Below are positions 10,566 through 20,230 of a stretch of 64,000 nt of DNA, piece after piece. A model generated the notes under the pieces. The model was not told the DNA's origin. It searched no databases and worked only from the letters and a program-made list of their open reading frames with translations. A program made the translations under genes and the position numbers. Positions within the stretch are counted from its first letter, which is position 1. Every line of letters starts with the position of its first letter. The stretch is taken from contig CAUJCR010000007.1 of NCBI GenBank assembly GCA_963169355.1, positions 31,637 through 95,636 on the forward strand, read 5' to 3'. This stretch comes from Bacteroidota bacterium. Lineage in GTDB: Bacteria; Bacteroidota; Bacteroidia; B-17B0; Aurantibacillaceae.

Positions 10566-11129
10566 ATGACGAATATTGCCATATTTGCGTCGGGTGAAGG
10601 AACTAATGCCGAGAATCTTATGAGTTATTTTAATAACCATAAACTTATAAAGGTAAAGATGGTAGTTACAAATAATGAATCGGCAGGAGTTGTTGCAAGA
10701 GCCGATAAATTTAAAAAAACAGTTCAAATTATCAGTAAACATGCCTTTAATGAATATACTCATCAGTTTATTGAATTTTTAAAGGCTGAGAAAATTAATT
10801 TAATTGTATTAGCTGGATTTCTTCTTAAAATTCCAGAGCCATTTGTAAAAGCGTTTCCAAATCAAATTATTAACCTTCATCCTTCATTATTGCCAAAATT
10901 TGGCGGAAAAGGCATGTATGGTATGCATGTTCATGAAGCAGTTATTCAGGCAGGGGAAACAGAAAGTGGAATTACTATCCACTACGTGAATGAAGAATAT
11001 GATAAAGGGAATATAATTTTACAAGCTAAATGTGATATTAATAAAAAAGATACTCCACAATCGCTAGCTTTAAAAATTAGACAACTAGAGTTAGAATATT
11101 TGCCAAAGGCAATTGAACAGTTGGCTTAA
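10566..11129 (+). CDS. purN: Phosphoribosylglycinamide formyltransferase
   Basis: IAIFASGEGTNAENL N-terminus and NLHPSLLPKFGGKGMYG...GITIHYV core, with typical PurN length (187 aa). Confidence 0.9.
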   Translation: MTNIAIFASGEGTNAENLMSYFNNHKLIKVKMVVTNNESAGVVARADKFKKTVQIISKHAFNEYTHQFIEFLKAEKINLIVLAGFLLKIPEPFVKAFPNQIINLHPSLLPKFGGKGMYGMHVHEAVIQAGETESGITIHYVNEEYDKGNIILQAKCDINKKDTPQSLALKIRQLELEYLPKAIEQLA

Positions 11130-11824
11130 CGATTCTCTTCTTTCCAACGGTAATAGCAATCCATTACGCGGTAGTAAAGTTCATAACCCTCGTGAGACAT
11201 AATGAATTCGTTGCTGAGGTAAAAACAATATTTCTTAAATCTATCAAAGTCAATCGTGTCATCGCCAGTGAGTTTACGAAGTACCTCGGCATTAAACTTT
11301 TTTTCTACAGCTTCTTTTATAAATATCTCTTCAAATATGGCTGCTAGTTTACGTTGTTCTTTTCCTTTTTTACTAAACTGCATATATAGCGCCGATATTG
11401 GGCTTTCCATAGCATTAATAGGTTTTGTTTTCGAATCATCAATCACCCTTTTCATATAATCTCTTTCATAGGGCTTTAACTTAAAACTACTTACAACCAC
11501 TTGATTGAGTTTATAGGCTAAGGCTTGCATAACAATTCTAGATTCTTTTAATCCATTTTTATGAATGTTTGAAGCAGGAATCTTTAGCCTTACATACCCT
11601 ACAAACGAGAAAATGATAGTGTCATTATCTTTAGCTATAACGGTAAATCTGCCGTTTCCATCACTCATTTGTCCGTGACCAGATTGAGAGTTTATAACAT
11701 ATACAAAAGGCATAGGAGTGATACTATCGGGTTCTACTACAATACCTTTAATAGCGTTTTGCCCAATTACAAGAACTGTGAAATGGAAGAAAAACAGAAA
11801 AAATATATTTGCTTTGCCTTTCAA
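11126..11824 (-). CDS. Hypothetical secreted protein with N-terminal carboxypeptidase-regulatory-like (CarboxypepD_reg) fold
   Basis: Signal-like N-terminus, then IKGIVVEPDSITPMPFVYVIN...GQMSDGNGRFTV. Its stop codon overlaps the purN stop in convergent orientation. Confidence 0.6.
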   Translation of the reverse strand: MKGKANIFFLFFFHFTVLVIGQNAIKGIVVEPDSITPMPFVYVINSQSGHGQMSDGNGRFTVIAKDNDTIIFSFVGYVRLKIPASNIHKNGLKESRIVMQALAYKLNQVVVSSFKLKPYERDYMKRVIDDSKTKPINAMESPISALYMQFSKKGKEQRKLAAIFEEIFIKEAVEKKFNAEVLRKLTGDDTIDFDRFKKYCFYLSNEFIMSHEGYELYYRVMDCYYRWKEENR

Positions 11825-11925
11825 GTACTAATAGACGACTTACTCAAAGGTAATTACTTATTCACATTTAGTTAATAATTTAACCTTTTTTGTAGAGATT
11901 TTTAAGCTTACCTTTACCATTAGCT

Positions 11926-13644
11926 ATGGATGGTTTTATTGTATCGGCTCGTAAGTATCGCCCACAACATTTTAATACGGTTGTTGGTCAGAGTCATATT
12001 ACAAATACATTAAAACAAGCTATTAAAAATGGAAAAATTGCGCAAGCCTATTTGTTTTGTGGGCCTAGAGGGGTGGGTAAAACTACTTGTGCGCGTATTT
12101 TTGCTAAAACTATAAATTGCACTAATCTTACTCCTGATGCTGAGGCTTGCGATACTTGTGAATCGTGTTTATCGTTTAATTCAGGTGCTTCTTTAAATGT
12201 TTATGAGTTAGATGCGGCCTCAAACAACTCAGTTGAGGATATTAGAAATTTAGTAGATCAAGTTCGTTTTGCGCCACAACTGGGGGATTATAAAGTGTAT
12301 GTGATAGATGAGGTGCACATGTTATCAAGTGCAGCATTTAACGCTTTTCTAAAAACATTAGAAGAACCGCCAAAACACGCTAAATTTATTTTAGCTACAA
12401 CCGAAAAGCATAAGATTATTCCAACAATTTTATCTCGCTGTCAGGTTTTTAATTTTAATAGAATTAAAACCGAAGATATTACAGGACAATTAGAGTATAT
12501 AGCTAAAACGGAAGGCGTTTCTTATGAAATAGAAGCACTTCAAATTATTTCACAAAAAGCAGATGGTGGATTAAGAGATGCTTGTTCTATCTTCGACCAA
12601 ATGGTTACTTTTACGGGTAATCAATTAACCTACAAATCGGTAGTTGAAAATCTACATGTTCTTGATTACGACTACTACTTTAAAATTACAGATGCTGCTC
12701 TTAACAACCGTTTGCCAGAAATAATGGTGACGTTTGATGAGATACTTAAAAAAGGGTTTGATGGACATAATTTTATAATTGGTTTTGGCGAACATTTAAG
12801 AAACTTATTAGTTTGTAAAGATCCGATAACTCTTAGCTTAATTGAGGCAAGTGATGCACTAAGAAAAAGATATGCTGAGCAGGCAAATTTAACGCCCATC
12901 ATTTTTTTATTAAAAGCATTGTCTATTATAAATAAATGTGATGTTAATTATAAATCAGCTAAAAATCAACGATTACAAGTTGAAATGTCGCTGATGCAAA
13001 TTGCTTATCTAAATGCCGCTTCACAAGAAGCGGAAAAAAAAAATGAGTTGAGTGCCACTACTTTTGAGCTTCCTTCTCAACAAGTTGTTAAAACAATTCC
13101 TCAAACATCAACGGTACAAAAGTTTACAGCCCAGCCTTTAGTTCAAACAAGTGCTAAACCTGTTGTGGGATTTAATGATTTAAAAATTAAATCTCAATTT
13201 ATGCTGAAAGATCAAGTACAACCACAGCCAGTTGTAAGTGATGTGGAAGTAATACGAGAAGCAGTTTCAACAGAAGATATACCGTTATCAGATGAGCGAA
13301 TAACCAATGCTATTAAAACAATAGCCGAGAATAAGGCTTCGCAAGGAAATAGACAACTGTACACCACATTAACTTCTAATAAAATTACGTTTAATCAATC
13401 TACAATTCAGATTGAATTGACTAATGAAGTGCAGAAAGAAATGTTGTTGAATGTAAAACAAGATTTATTAGATGAGCTAAGAAAATTATTGTCAAATAAG
13501 CAAACACAATTAGAAATATATGTGTCTCAGAGTGTATCTGAAATAAAGGCATATAAACCTAATGATAAATTCAAATTGTTACTTGAAAAAAATCCTCTGT
13601 TAGGCGATCTTAAGAAGCGATTTGATCTAGAGGTGGATTATTAA
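11926..13644 (+). CDS. dnaX: DNA polymerase III subunit tau (possibly tau/gamma)
   Basis: RKYRPQHFNTVVGQ, Walker A GPRGVGKTT, Zn module CDTCESC, Walker B VYVIDEVHML, sensor SRCQVF. Confidence 0.95.
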   Translation: MDGFIVSARKYRPQHFNTVVGQSHITNTLKQAIKNGKIAQAYLFCGPRGVGKTTCARIFAKTINCTNLTPDAEACDTCESCLSFNSGASLNVYELDAASNNSVEDIRNLVDQVRFAPQLGDYKVYVIDEVHMLSSAAFNAFLKTLEEPPKHAKFILATTEKHKIIPTILSRCQVFNFNRIKTEDITGQLEYIAKTEGVSYEIEALQIISQKADGGLRDACSIFDQMVTFTGNQLTYKSVVENLHVLDYDYYFKITDAALNNRLPEIMVTFDEILKKGFDGHNFIIGFGEHLRNLLVCKDPITLSLIEASDALRKRYAEQANLTPIIFLLKALSIINKCDVNYKSAKNQRLQVEMSLMQIAYLNAASQEAEKKNELSATTFELPSQQVVKTIPQTSTVQKFTAQPLVQTSAKPVVGFNDLKIKSQFMLKDQVQPQPVVSDVEVIREAVSTEDIPLSDERITNAIKTIAENKASQGNRQLYTTLTSNKITFNQSTIQIELTNEVQKEMLLNVKQDLLDELRKLLSNKQTQLEIYVSQSVSEIKAYKPNDKFKLLLEKNPLLGDLKKRFDLEVDY

Positions 13645-13732
13645 CCCTTTATTTACACTGATAAAAATCAATATAGTCGATTTTTTTGGGTTTTTTACAA
13701 CTTACTTTATAAAACATCGTACAATAAATTCG

Positions 13733-13740
13733 TAAGTTTG
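13733..13740 (+). promoter_or_regulatory. Candidate Bacteroidota sigma-A -7 box (TAAGTTTG) upstream of the patatin-like gene
   Basis: Exact match to TAnnTTTG, 29 nt upstream of ATG 13769. No clean -33 TTG seen. Confidence 0.4.
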
Positions 13741-13768
13741 AAAAGGAACTTGTGTAATATTAAAAATT

Positions 13769-14776
13769 ATGTCTAAAGTAAAGAAAATTGACCTTGCTTT
13801 ACAAGGTGGAGGCTCTCACGGAGCCTATACGTGGGGGGTTATTGATAGATTGTTAGATGATGAACGCATAGAGATAGATGGTGTTTGTGGAACTGGAGTT
13901 GGAGCAATGAATGGTGTGTGTACTATTTATGGATTAAATAAGGGCGGAAGAAATTTAGCGAAACATAGTTTGGTTAAATTTTGGTATAAAATGTCGGAAG
14001 CGGGAAAATTATCTCCTTTGCAACCTAGCTGGTTTGATAAACTCCTTAGTCCTGGTAATATGGACTATTCACCAACTTATAAGTTATTTAGTTTAAGCAC
14101 CGAAAATTTTACACCTAAACAACTAAATCCATTACAGTTTAATCCTCTTGAAAAAATCTTAGCGGAGGTTGTAAATTTTGATGAGTTAAAACAATTTGCC
14201 CCACAAAAATTATTTGTGTGTGCTACAAATGTTAAGACTTGCGAACCAAAAGTGTTTGGACACCAAGAAATAACAGCAAAATCAATTTTAGCTTCTACTT
14301 GTTTGCCATACTTACATGATGCTGTTGAGATAGATGGAGAATTTTATTGGGACGGTGGTTATAGTGGCAATCCCTTAATTCAGCCCTTGATTGATTATAC
14401 ACAAGATACAGATGATATACTTTTGGTTCAAATTAATTCAAAGAATATCCGTTCGATTCCAACTAATGTGGAGGGCATAAAAAATAGGGTTGATGAGTTA
14501 AGTTTTAATACATCATTAATGCTAGAGTTAGAACTAATACAATTTAAGCAACGATTAGTTGAAAAAGGAATTACTCTTGATGGAGAATTAAAACCTGTTT
14601 ATCTTCATAACATCTGTGCCGATGAAACATTTAATGATTTTACGTTATCCTCTAAGTTTAATACGAGTTGGGATTTTATGATGTATCTTAAAGATTTAGG
14701 TTATAAAGCCTGTGATGACTGGTTAGCAAAGAACTTTAATAATATTGGTAAACAAAACACATTAAAATTTAGTTAG
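13769..14776 (+). CDS. Patatin-like phospholipase family protein with non-canonical nucleophile motif
   Basis: Oxyanion motif GGGSHG and the Asp motif WDGGYSGNP are present. The expected G-x-S-x-G elbow reads G-T-G-V-G. Confidence 0.8.
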   Translation: MSKVKKIDLALQGGGSHGAYTWGVIDRLLDDERIEIDGVCGTGVGAMNGVCTIYGLNKGGRNLAKHSLVKFWYKMSEAGKLSPLQPSWFDKLLSPGNMDYSPTYKLFSLSTENFTPKQLNPLQFNPLEKILAEVVNFDELKQFAPQKLFVCATNVKTCEPKVFGHQEITAKSILASTCLPYLHDAVEIDGEFYWDGGYSGNPLIQPLIDYTQDTDDILLVQINSKNIRSIPTNVEGIKNRVDELSFNTSLMLELELIQFKQRLVEKGITLDGELKPVYLHNICADETFNDFTLSSKFNTSWDFMMYLKDLGYKACDDWLAKNFNNIGKQNTLKFS

Positions 14777-14932
14777 ATTTTAGGATGTTATTTTTTGCGT
14801 TTAATTTTTGCTAGTTCCATAATTTTTTGCCCACTCAATAAAATTTTCAGCTTCTAAAGTTGGGCTTAATGATGGTGAAACTGGAATACCATTATTAATA
14901 GAGTTGCTATTTTGCATATTAAGTAAAAATAG

Positions 14933-15110
14933 GGTTAAACCCAGATTATGCATTAGCAATTCTATTACGAGCTAAAATCCCTGTAAAATATGAAGCTTCG
15001 CAACTTTTTCTCTTTCACCGTAGCAGTGGCTACGCTTCATTCGTAAAAGTTCATATTTTATTAGGCTTTTAACTCTCACTACTAATTTCTAATGCACAAT
15101 CTGGGTTAAA
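14933..15110. repeat. ~176-bp imperfect inverted repeat (long hairpin) inside a 464-bp intergenic spacer: MITE-like element or structured RNA
   Basis: aacccagatt (14938-14947) pairs with aatctgggtt (15098-15107). tgcattag (14949-14956) pairs with ctaatgca (15089-15096). aaaatatgaagc pairs with gcttca...tattt near the apex. The arms are about 70% complementary overall. Confidence 0.6.
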
Positions 15111-15240
15111 AAAGCTGTGAATTTAATGTTTTTTGTAACTTATTCTAATGTTTTTAACGTTCAGTGTCCTTGTATATGCTTCATCTAGCAAATTCCTTAA
15201 AGAATTTTTGTATCTTCGCAAACTTTAAAAAAATATAATA

Positions 15241-17172
15241 ATGGTTTCTGTTAATGGTGTTACGGTTTCTTTTGGAGGATACAATTTATTTGATAATGTT
15301 TCTTTTTTAATTAATCCAAAAGATAGAATTGGATTAGCTGGAAAAAATGGCGCAGGTAAAAGTACGATGCTAAAACTATTGGCTGGTTTGCAATCACCAA
15401 CTAAAGGAGAAATTTCTATCCCAAAAGATTGTAAGATTGGTTATTTACCTCAAGACATGATGCATCAGCATGGTAGAACCGTTTTTGAAGAAACCGAAAC
15501 TGCCTTTGCTGAGATTCAAGCCATGCAAAAAAGACTTGATGATATCAACCATCAATTAGAAACTCGCACCGATTATGAGAGCGACTCATATATGCAGCTC
15601 ATAGAAGATTTAACAGAGATTAATGCAAGATTAGATGTAGTTGGGGCGGGTAATACAAGTGAGGAGATAGAAAAAGTATTGCGTGGTTTAGGCTTTGAAC
15701 GTAAAGAGTTTACTAGACAAACTTCGGAGTTTAGTGGAGGCTGGAGAATGCGAATAGAATTAGCTAAACTACTACTTCAAAAGCCAGATGTATTATTATT
15801 AGATGAACCAACCAATCACTTAGATATTGAGGCAATTCAATGGTTAGAAGAGTTTATGGAAACTTTTAGTGGTGCAGTTGTTTTAATAAGTCACGATAAA
15901 ACTTTTTTAGATACTGTAACCAAACGAACCATTGAGATTGTAAATCAAAAAATATACGATTACAAAACAAATTATTCTCATTACCTTGTTTTGCGTGAGG
16001 AAAGAAGAGAGCAACAAGAGAATGCGGCAAAAAATCAGCAGCGCATCATTAATCAGTATGAAACTTTAATTGATAAAAACAGAGCCAAGGCTAGCAAAGC
16101 CGCCTTTGCACAATCGTTAATTAAAAAGTTAGATAAAATGGAAAGGGTAGAGGTAGATGATGTTGATACGGCTGCGGTGCGTTTTCGTTTTCCGGCTCCT
16201 GCCCATAGTGGTAAGATTGTAATCACAGCAGAACATGCTGGAAAAAAATACGACCAAAAACAAATATTTTCGGACGCTAATTTTATTATTACTAAAGGCG
16301 AAAAGATAGGCTTGGTTGGTAGAAATGGCGAAGGTAAATCAACCATGATGAAGATGATTGCTGGTAAAATTCCCTTTGATGGAACGGTGCAATTAGGGCA
16401 TAGTGTGTTAATGGGTTATTTTGAACAAGACCAAGAAGAAAAATTAAACTTAAATAAAACAGTTTTTGAAACTATTGATGAGCTAGCAGTAGGTGAGGTT
16501 AGAAAGCAGGTTCGTACCTTATTAGGGTCGTTTTTATTTGGTGGCGATGATATTGATAAAAAAGTGAAAGTATTAAGTGGAGGAGAAAGAGGACGCTTAG
16601 CCTTGTGTAAGTTATTATTAGAACCATATAATTTATTGTTACTAGATGAGCCAACCAATCACTTAGATATTAAATCGAAAGAAGTATTAAAAAATGCCTT
16701 ATTAGATTATGAAGGTACTGTGGTAATGGTAAGCCATGATAGAGATTTTATGGCGGGTATGTGTAACCGTTTGTTTGAGTTTAGAGATGGACATGTAAAA
16801 GAGCATCTTTGCGACATCAAGGAATTTATGGAGATTAGAAAGGTAGAGCGACTCAACGAACTTGATTTAGATAAATCGGGTGTAAAATCTTCTCCTGCTA
16901 CTGAAAAAAAACAGCCAAGCACCTCTGAAATTGAGGCTGCCGAAAAAAAGAAGCAACAATCGCAAATACAATCGCAGTTAAAAAAGGTTGAAGAAAAAGT
17001 TACTCAATTAGAATCTGAAATTAAGCAAATTGATTTGCAACTGGCTAATCCAGATACATACAATGAATTAACTAAGAACCCTGATTTTTTTAATCAATAT
17101 AATCAACTCAAAAATAATTTAGAGTTAGAGATGAAAAAATGGGAAGACCTAACTAACTCATTAAACGGATAG
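15241..17172 (+). CDS. ABC-F family ATPase (two ABC domains, no TM domain, C-terminal coiled coil, Uup-like)
   Basis: Two Walker A sites (GKNGAGKST, GRNGEGKST), two signatures (FSGGWRMR, LSGGERGR), two Walker B sites (LLLDEPTNHLD), and a K/E/Q-rich tail. Confidence 0.9.
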   Translation: MVSVNGVTVSFGGYNLFDNVSFLINPKDRIGLAGKNGAGKSTMLKLLAGLQSPTKGEISIPKDCKIGYLPQDMMHQHGRTVFEETETAFAEIQAMQKRLDDINHQLETRTDYESDSYMQLIEDLTEINARLDVVGAGNTSEEIEKVLRGLGFERKEFTRQTSEFSGGWRMRIELAKLLLQKPDVLLLDEPTNHLDIEAIQWLEEFMETFSGAVVLISHDKTFLDTVTKRTIEIVNQKIYDYKTNYSHYLVLREERREQQENAAKNQQRIINQYETLIDKNRAKASKAAFAQSLIKKLDKMERVEVDDVDTAAVRFRFPAPAHSGKIVITAEHAGKKYDQKQIFSDANFIITKGEKIGLVGRNGEGKSTMMKMIAGKIPFDGTVQLGHSVLMGYFEQDQEEKLNLNKTVFETIDELAVGEVRKQVRTLLGSFLFGGDDIDKKVKVLSGGERGRLALCKLLLEPYNLLLLDEPTNHLDIKSKEVLKNALLDYEGTVVMVSHDRDFMAGMCNRLFEFRDGHVKEHLCDIKEFMEIRKVERLNELDLDKSGVKSSPATEKKQPSTSEIEAAEKKKQQSQIQSQLKKVEEKVTQLESEIKQIDLQLANPDTYNELTKNPDFFNQYNQLKNNLELEMKKWEDLTNSLNG

Positions 17173-17273
17173 AAGTTTCTCTAAAGTTTAATTTTCTGAA
17201 ATTGTTAATTGTTTTTTTAGCATTTAATTTTCGTTTTATTCATTATTAATTATCTTGTGCTTTACATTTTTTT

Positions 17274-20219
17274 ATGAGGCATTACATAATTAAAATAATA
17301 TTTTTTGTTTTTTATGTATTAGGCACGTCTTTAGTTGCTCAGCAAAAAGACACCTCTATGAATACCTTAGAAACAATAAAAGAAAATCCTTTATCTAAAA
17401 CGCAGAAAAAATTCATCTATTTTATTTCAAACCGATTAAGTGATGACGATAAGTTTGATGTGTTTAAAGCAATACCAGGTAGTTCATCGCCTTCTTTGGT
17501 TGTTATTCGTGGGCACTTTCAGGTATTAGGAAATGCTAATGAAAAGAAAGCTAAGATTAGTGTTTATAACTCCACTAATAATGAATTAATAGGGGTATAT
17601 AACACTAGTCAATTTACTGGAAATTACTTAATGATATTGGCGCCTGATATTAAATATATGTTTAAGGTTGAAGTGGCTGGATATGGAACCTTACAAGAAA
17701 TTGTGGAAGTTCCATTGAAAATTGATTATGAAATCTGTCAGCAAAACATATCCATTAAATTAAATGAAAAGCAAAAACCAGTGCTTATAATTAATAATTA
17801 TTTTGCCGATGAAAACGAAAAAGTTTTTTATTTACGTACTACAATAGATACCACTCAATTACAGGAAGTAACTGATGTTAATAATCTCATAAAGCAAGTA
17901 GATAAGCATGGAAATCTGTATGCTAATATTGATGAACTAGTTAAAAAGCAACAAGCTGAGGAGCGAAAGAAACCAGAGGAAGCCTTAGCTGCATACAATT
18001 CGGGTAATTTTCAACAGGCAGTTACTTTATATGAGCCCTTATTAAAAAACGATCCTTTAGATCCATTTTTAAATTATTACTATGGAGTGAGTTTATTTAA
18101 AAGCAATGGAAACAAGGCTAAAGCAATTAATGCTCTACAAATTGCTACTGGTATCAAAGAAATTCCTCCTGATGTTTACTTTTATCTAGGGCAAGCATTT
18201 CATCTTTCTTATTTATTTCAAGATGCTATCAAGGCTTTTGAGCAATATAAGGCTAGGGTTAAGCCGTATGATTTTGAAGGCAATAACGGTCCACAACTCA
18301 TTAAAAATTGTATGAGTGGGATTATGTTTTTAACAGACCAAGTTCATATTGAGGTGTTATCTCGAACAACTATACAATTTGAGAATATGCTTTCTAATTA
18401 TAATCCTGATTTAGTGAATGAAGTCATAAAAATTAAACCCGATTTTTATTTAAGCGCCATTGATAAGAAAAAACAACTACCATTATTATTATGTGCATCT
18501 CACCCCGATGAAATATATCAAGTGAGTTATGGGGAGAAGGAACAAAAACATACCGATTTGTATAAACATACTAAATTACCAAACGGAACCATGAGTGCCC
18601 CTCAGTATATCGGTATTGGTCCTGAAATAAATAGTCCATTTGATGAAAATTATCCATACTTGAGTAAAGATGGATTAACACTTTATTTCTCTTCAAAGGG
18701 TCATAATAGTATGGGTGGTTATGATATTTTTAAATGCACAAGAAAAGATTCGCTGTCTGCTTGGTCTAAGCCAATAAACTTGGGTTATCCTATTAATTCT
18801 ACTTATGATGATATCATGTATATTCCAGATGAAGGAAAGCAAACAGCTTCTTACTGCACTAACCGTAAAAATAACACGTATGAGTATCTACAAATTAAAT
18901 ACCCGAAAACAGAACTAGATAATACAATTATAAAAGGATGGTTTAACTCAAGCGATACTACAAAGAAAGATGTTTATATAACAGTGTATAACTCAAATAC
19001 TGGAGAGATTAGTGGAGTTTATAAAACAAATAGAAAGACTGGATTATACTTAATGGTTTTACCTTCAGGTATTAAGTACGAGATGAATGTTGAGGTAGAG
19101 GGTGTTCCAAGTTATACAACAACTTTCGATATCCCAGAAAAGAAAAAAGAATTTGAATTGAAGCAAATTATTAAGCTACAACCTTCCCAAAATACAAAGG
19201 CATTACTTGTAACTAATTATTTTACTGAACAAGAGGCTGCAAAAGTGAACTTTGAAGATAATATAGCAAAGCTGAATGCTAGTAATGAGTCGCATAAACC
19301 ACAGCCTACAAAAATATTAAAAGTAAAACGTACGCCCGAAGAAATGCTTAAAGATCAAGAAGATTTAGCTTTGGCACTTAAACTATTTGAACAAGCCACT
19401 TATCAAGAAGCAGGATTGATTTATAAAACCCTTGATATGTACATTGATTTAAGCTCCATGGATGCTTTTCGATATGGTGTTAGCTTGTTTTATACAAAAA
19501 AAGATAAATTAGATTGTATTAATTACTTAACCTTATGCGAAAATGATAAAAATGTTCCTATCGAAATTTATTATTATCTAGCTAAAGCAAACCAAGTGAG
19601 TTATCGATTTAATACGGCCATCAATTATTACAAGAAATATATGGCGGTTTGTAAGCCCGAAGATATTAAGGCTTGGAAACTAGAACAAGAATTAGTGTAT
19701 TGCCAAAATGGAATGAAATTAATAGATAACCCTGTAATATTAGAGATTTATAACCGAAAACATATTGATTTGGGAGTGATTCAAAATTCTTTAACTCAAT
19801 TAGAATCTGGAGGAAAAATATTATTGACTACTGACGATTTATTAAGTGAGCTTGATAAAAGTAAAGGCTTCAAGTCGTTGTTATACCTTTCGTCGGATAA
19901 GAATACTATTTTGTTTAGTAGTTATGGAAATGATGGTTCAAAAGGGAAAGATATATTTTTATTAAAAAAACTAAGTAATGGTAAATGGGCACCTCAAGCT
20001 CAAAACTTAACAGATATTAATACCGAATATGATGAAGAATATCCTGCCTTATCAAAAGATGGAAAAGTAATTTATTTTTCATCAAAAGGACATAATACAA
20101 TGGGAGGTTATGATATATTTAAAAGTGTGTGGAATGAAAAAACAGAAACATGGTCAAAGCCTGTAAATCTTGGTTCTCCTTTAAACTCGCCATACGATGA
20201 TGTGTATTTTTTAGAATAA
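17274..20219 (+). CDS. Secreted protein made of two tandem [CarboxypepD_reg-like / TPR / PD40 (TolB-like beta-propeller repeat)] units
   Basis: Signal peptide, two copies of ...YN(S)(T/N)..E(L/I)(I/S)GVY.T...G.YLM(I/V)L, TPR-like helices, and INSPFDENYPYLSKDGLTLYFSSKGHNSMGGYDIFK / INTEYDEEYPALSKDGKVIYFSSKGHNTMGGYDIFK. Confidence 0.8.
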   Translation: MRHYIIKIIFFVFYVLGTSLVAQQKDTSMNTLETIKENPLSKTQKKFIYFISNRLSDDDKFDVFKAIPGSSSPSLVVIRGHFQVLGNANEKKAKISVYNSTNNELIGVYNTSQFTGNYLMILAPDIKYMFKVEVAGYGTLQEIVEVPLKIDYEICQQNISIKLNEKQKPVLIINNYFADENEKVFYLRTTIDTTQLQEVTDVNNLIKQVDKHGNLYANIDELVKKQQAEERKKPEEALAAYNSGNFQQAVTLYEPLLKNDPLDPFLNYYYGVSLFKSNGNKAKAINALQIATGIKEIPPDVYFYLGQAFHLSYLFQDAIKAFEQYKARVKPYDFEGNNGPQLIKNCMSGIMFLTDQVHIEVLSRTTIQFENMLSNYNPDLVNEVIKIKPDFYLSAIDKKKQLPLLLCASHPDEIYQVSYGEKEQKHTDLYKHTKLPNGTMSAPQYIGIGPEINSPFDENYPYLSKDGLTLYFSSKGHNSMGGYDIFKCTRKDSLSAWSKPINLGYPINSTYDDIMYIPDEGKQTASYCTNRKNNTYEYLQIKYPKTELDNTIIKGWFNSSDTTKKDVYITVYNSNTGEISGVYKTNRKTGLYLMVLPSGIKYEMNVEVEGVPSYTTTFDIPEKKKEFELKQIIKLQPSQNTKALLVTNYFTEQEAAKVNFEDNIAKLNASNESHKPQPTKILKVKRTPEEMLKDQEDLALALKLFEQATYQEAGLIYKTLDMYIDLSSMDAFRYGVSLFYTKKDKLDCINYLTLCENDKNVPIEIYYYLAKANQVSYRFNTAINYYKKYMAVCKPEDIKAWKLEQELVYCQNGMKLIDNPVILEIYNRKHIDLGVIQNSLTQLESGGKILLTTDDLLSELDKSKGFKSLLYLSSDKNTILFSSYGNDGSKGKDIFLLKKLSNGKWAPQAQNLTDINTEYDEEYPALSKDGKVIYFSSKGHNTMGGYDIFKSVWNEKTETWSKPVNLGSPLNSPYDDVYFLE

Positions 20220-20230
20220 ATTATTTTATT

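Noticed and set aside
10536-10763. Minus-strand ORF overlapping the purN start
   Set aside because: It overlaps a confidently identified gene and the adhesin terminator region, and it has no motifs.
14801-14917. 38-codon minus-strand ORF (MQNSNSINNGIPVSPSLSPTLEAENFIEWAKNYGTSKN) next to the long inverted repeat
   Set aside because: It is too short, has no recognisable motif or promoter, and could be chance in AT-rich DNA. It is mentioned only as context for the spacer finding.
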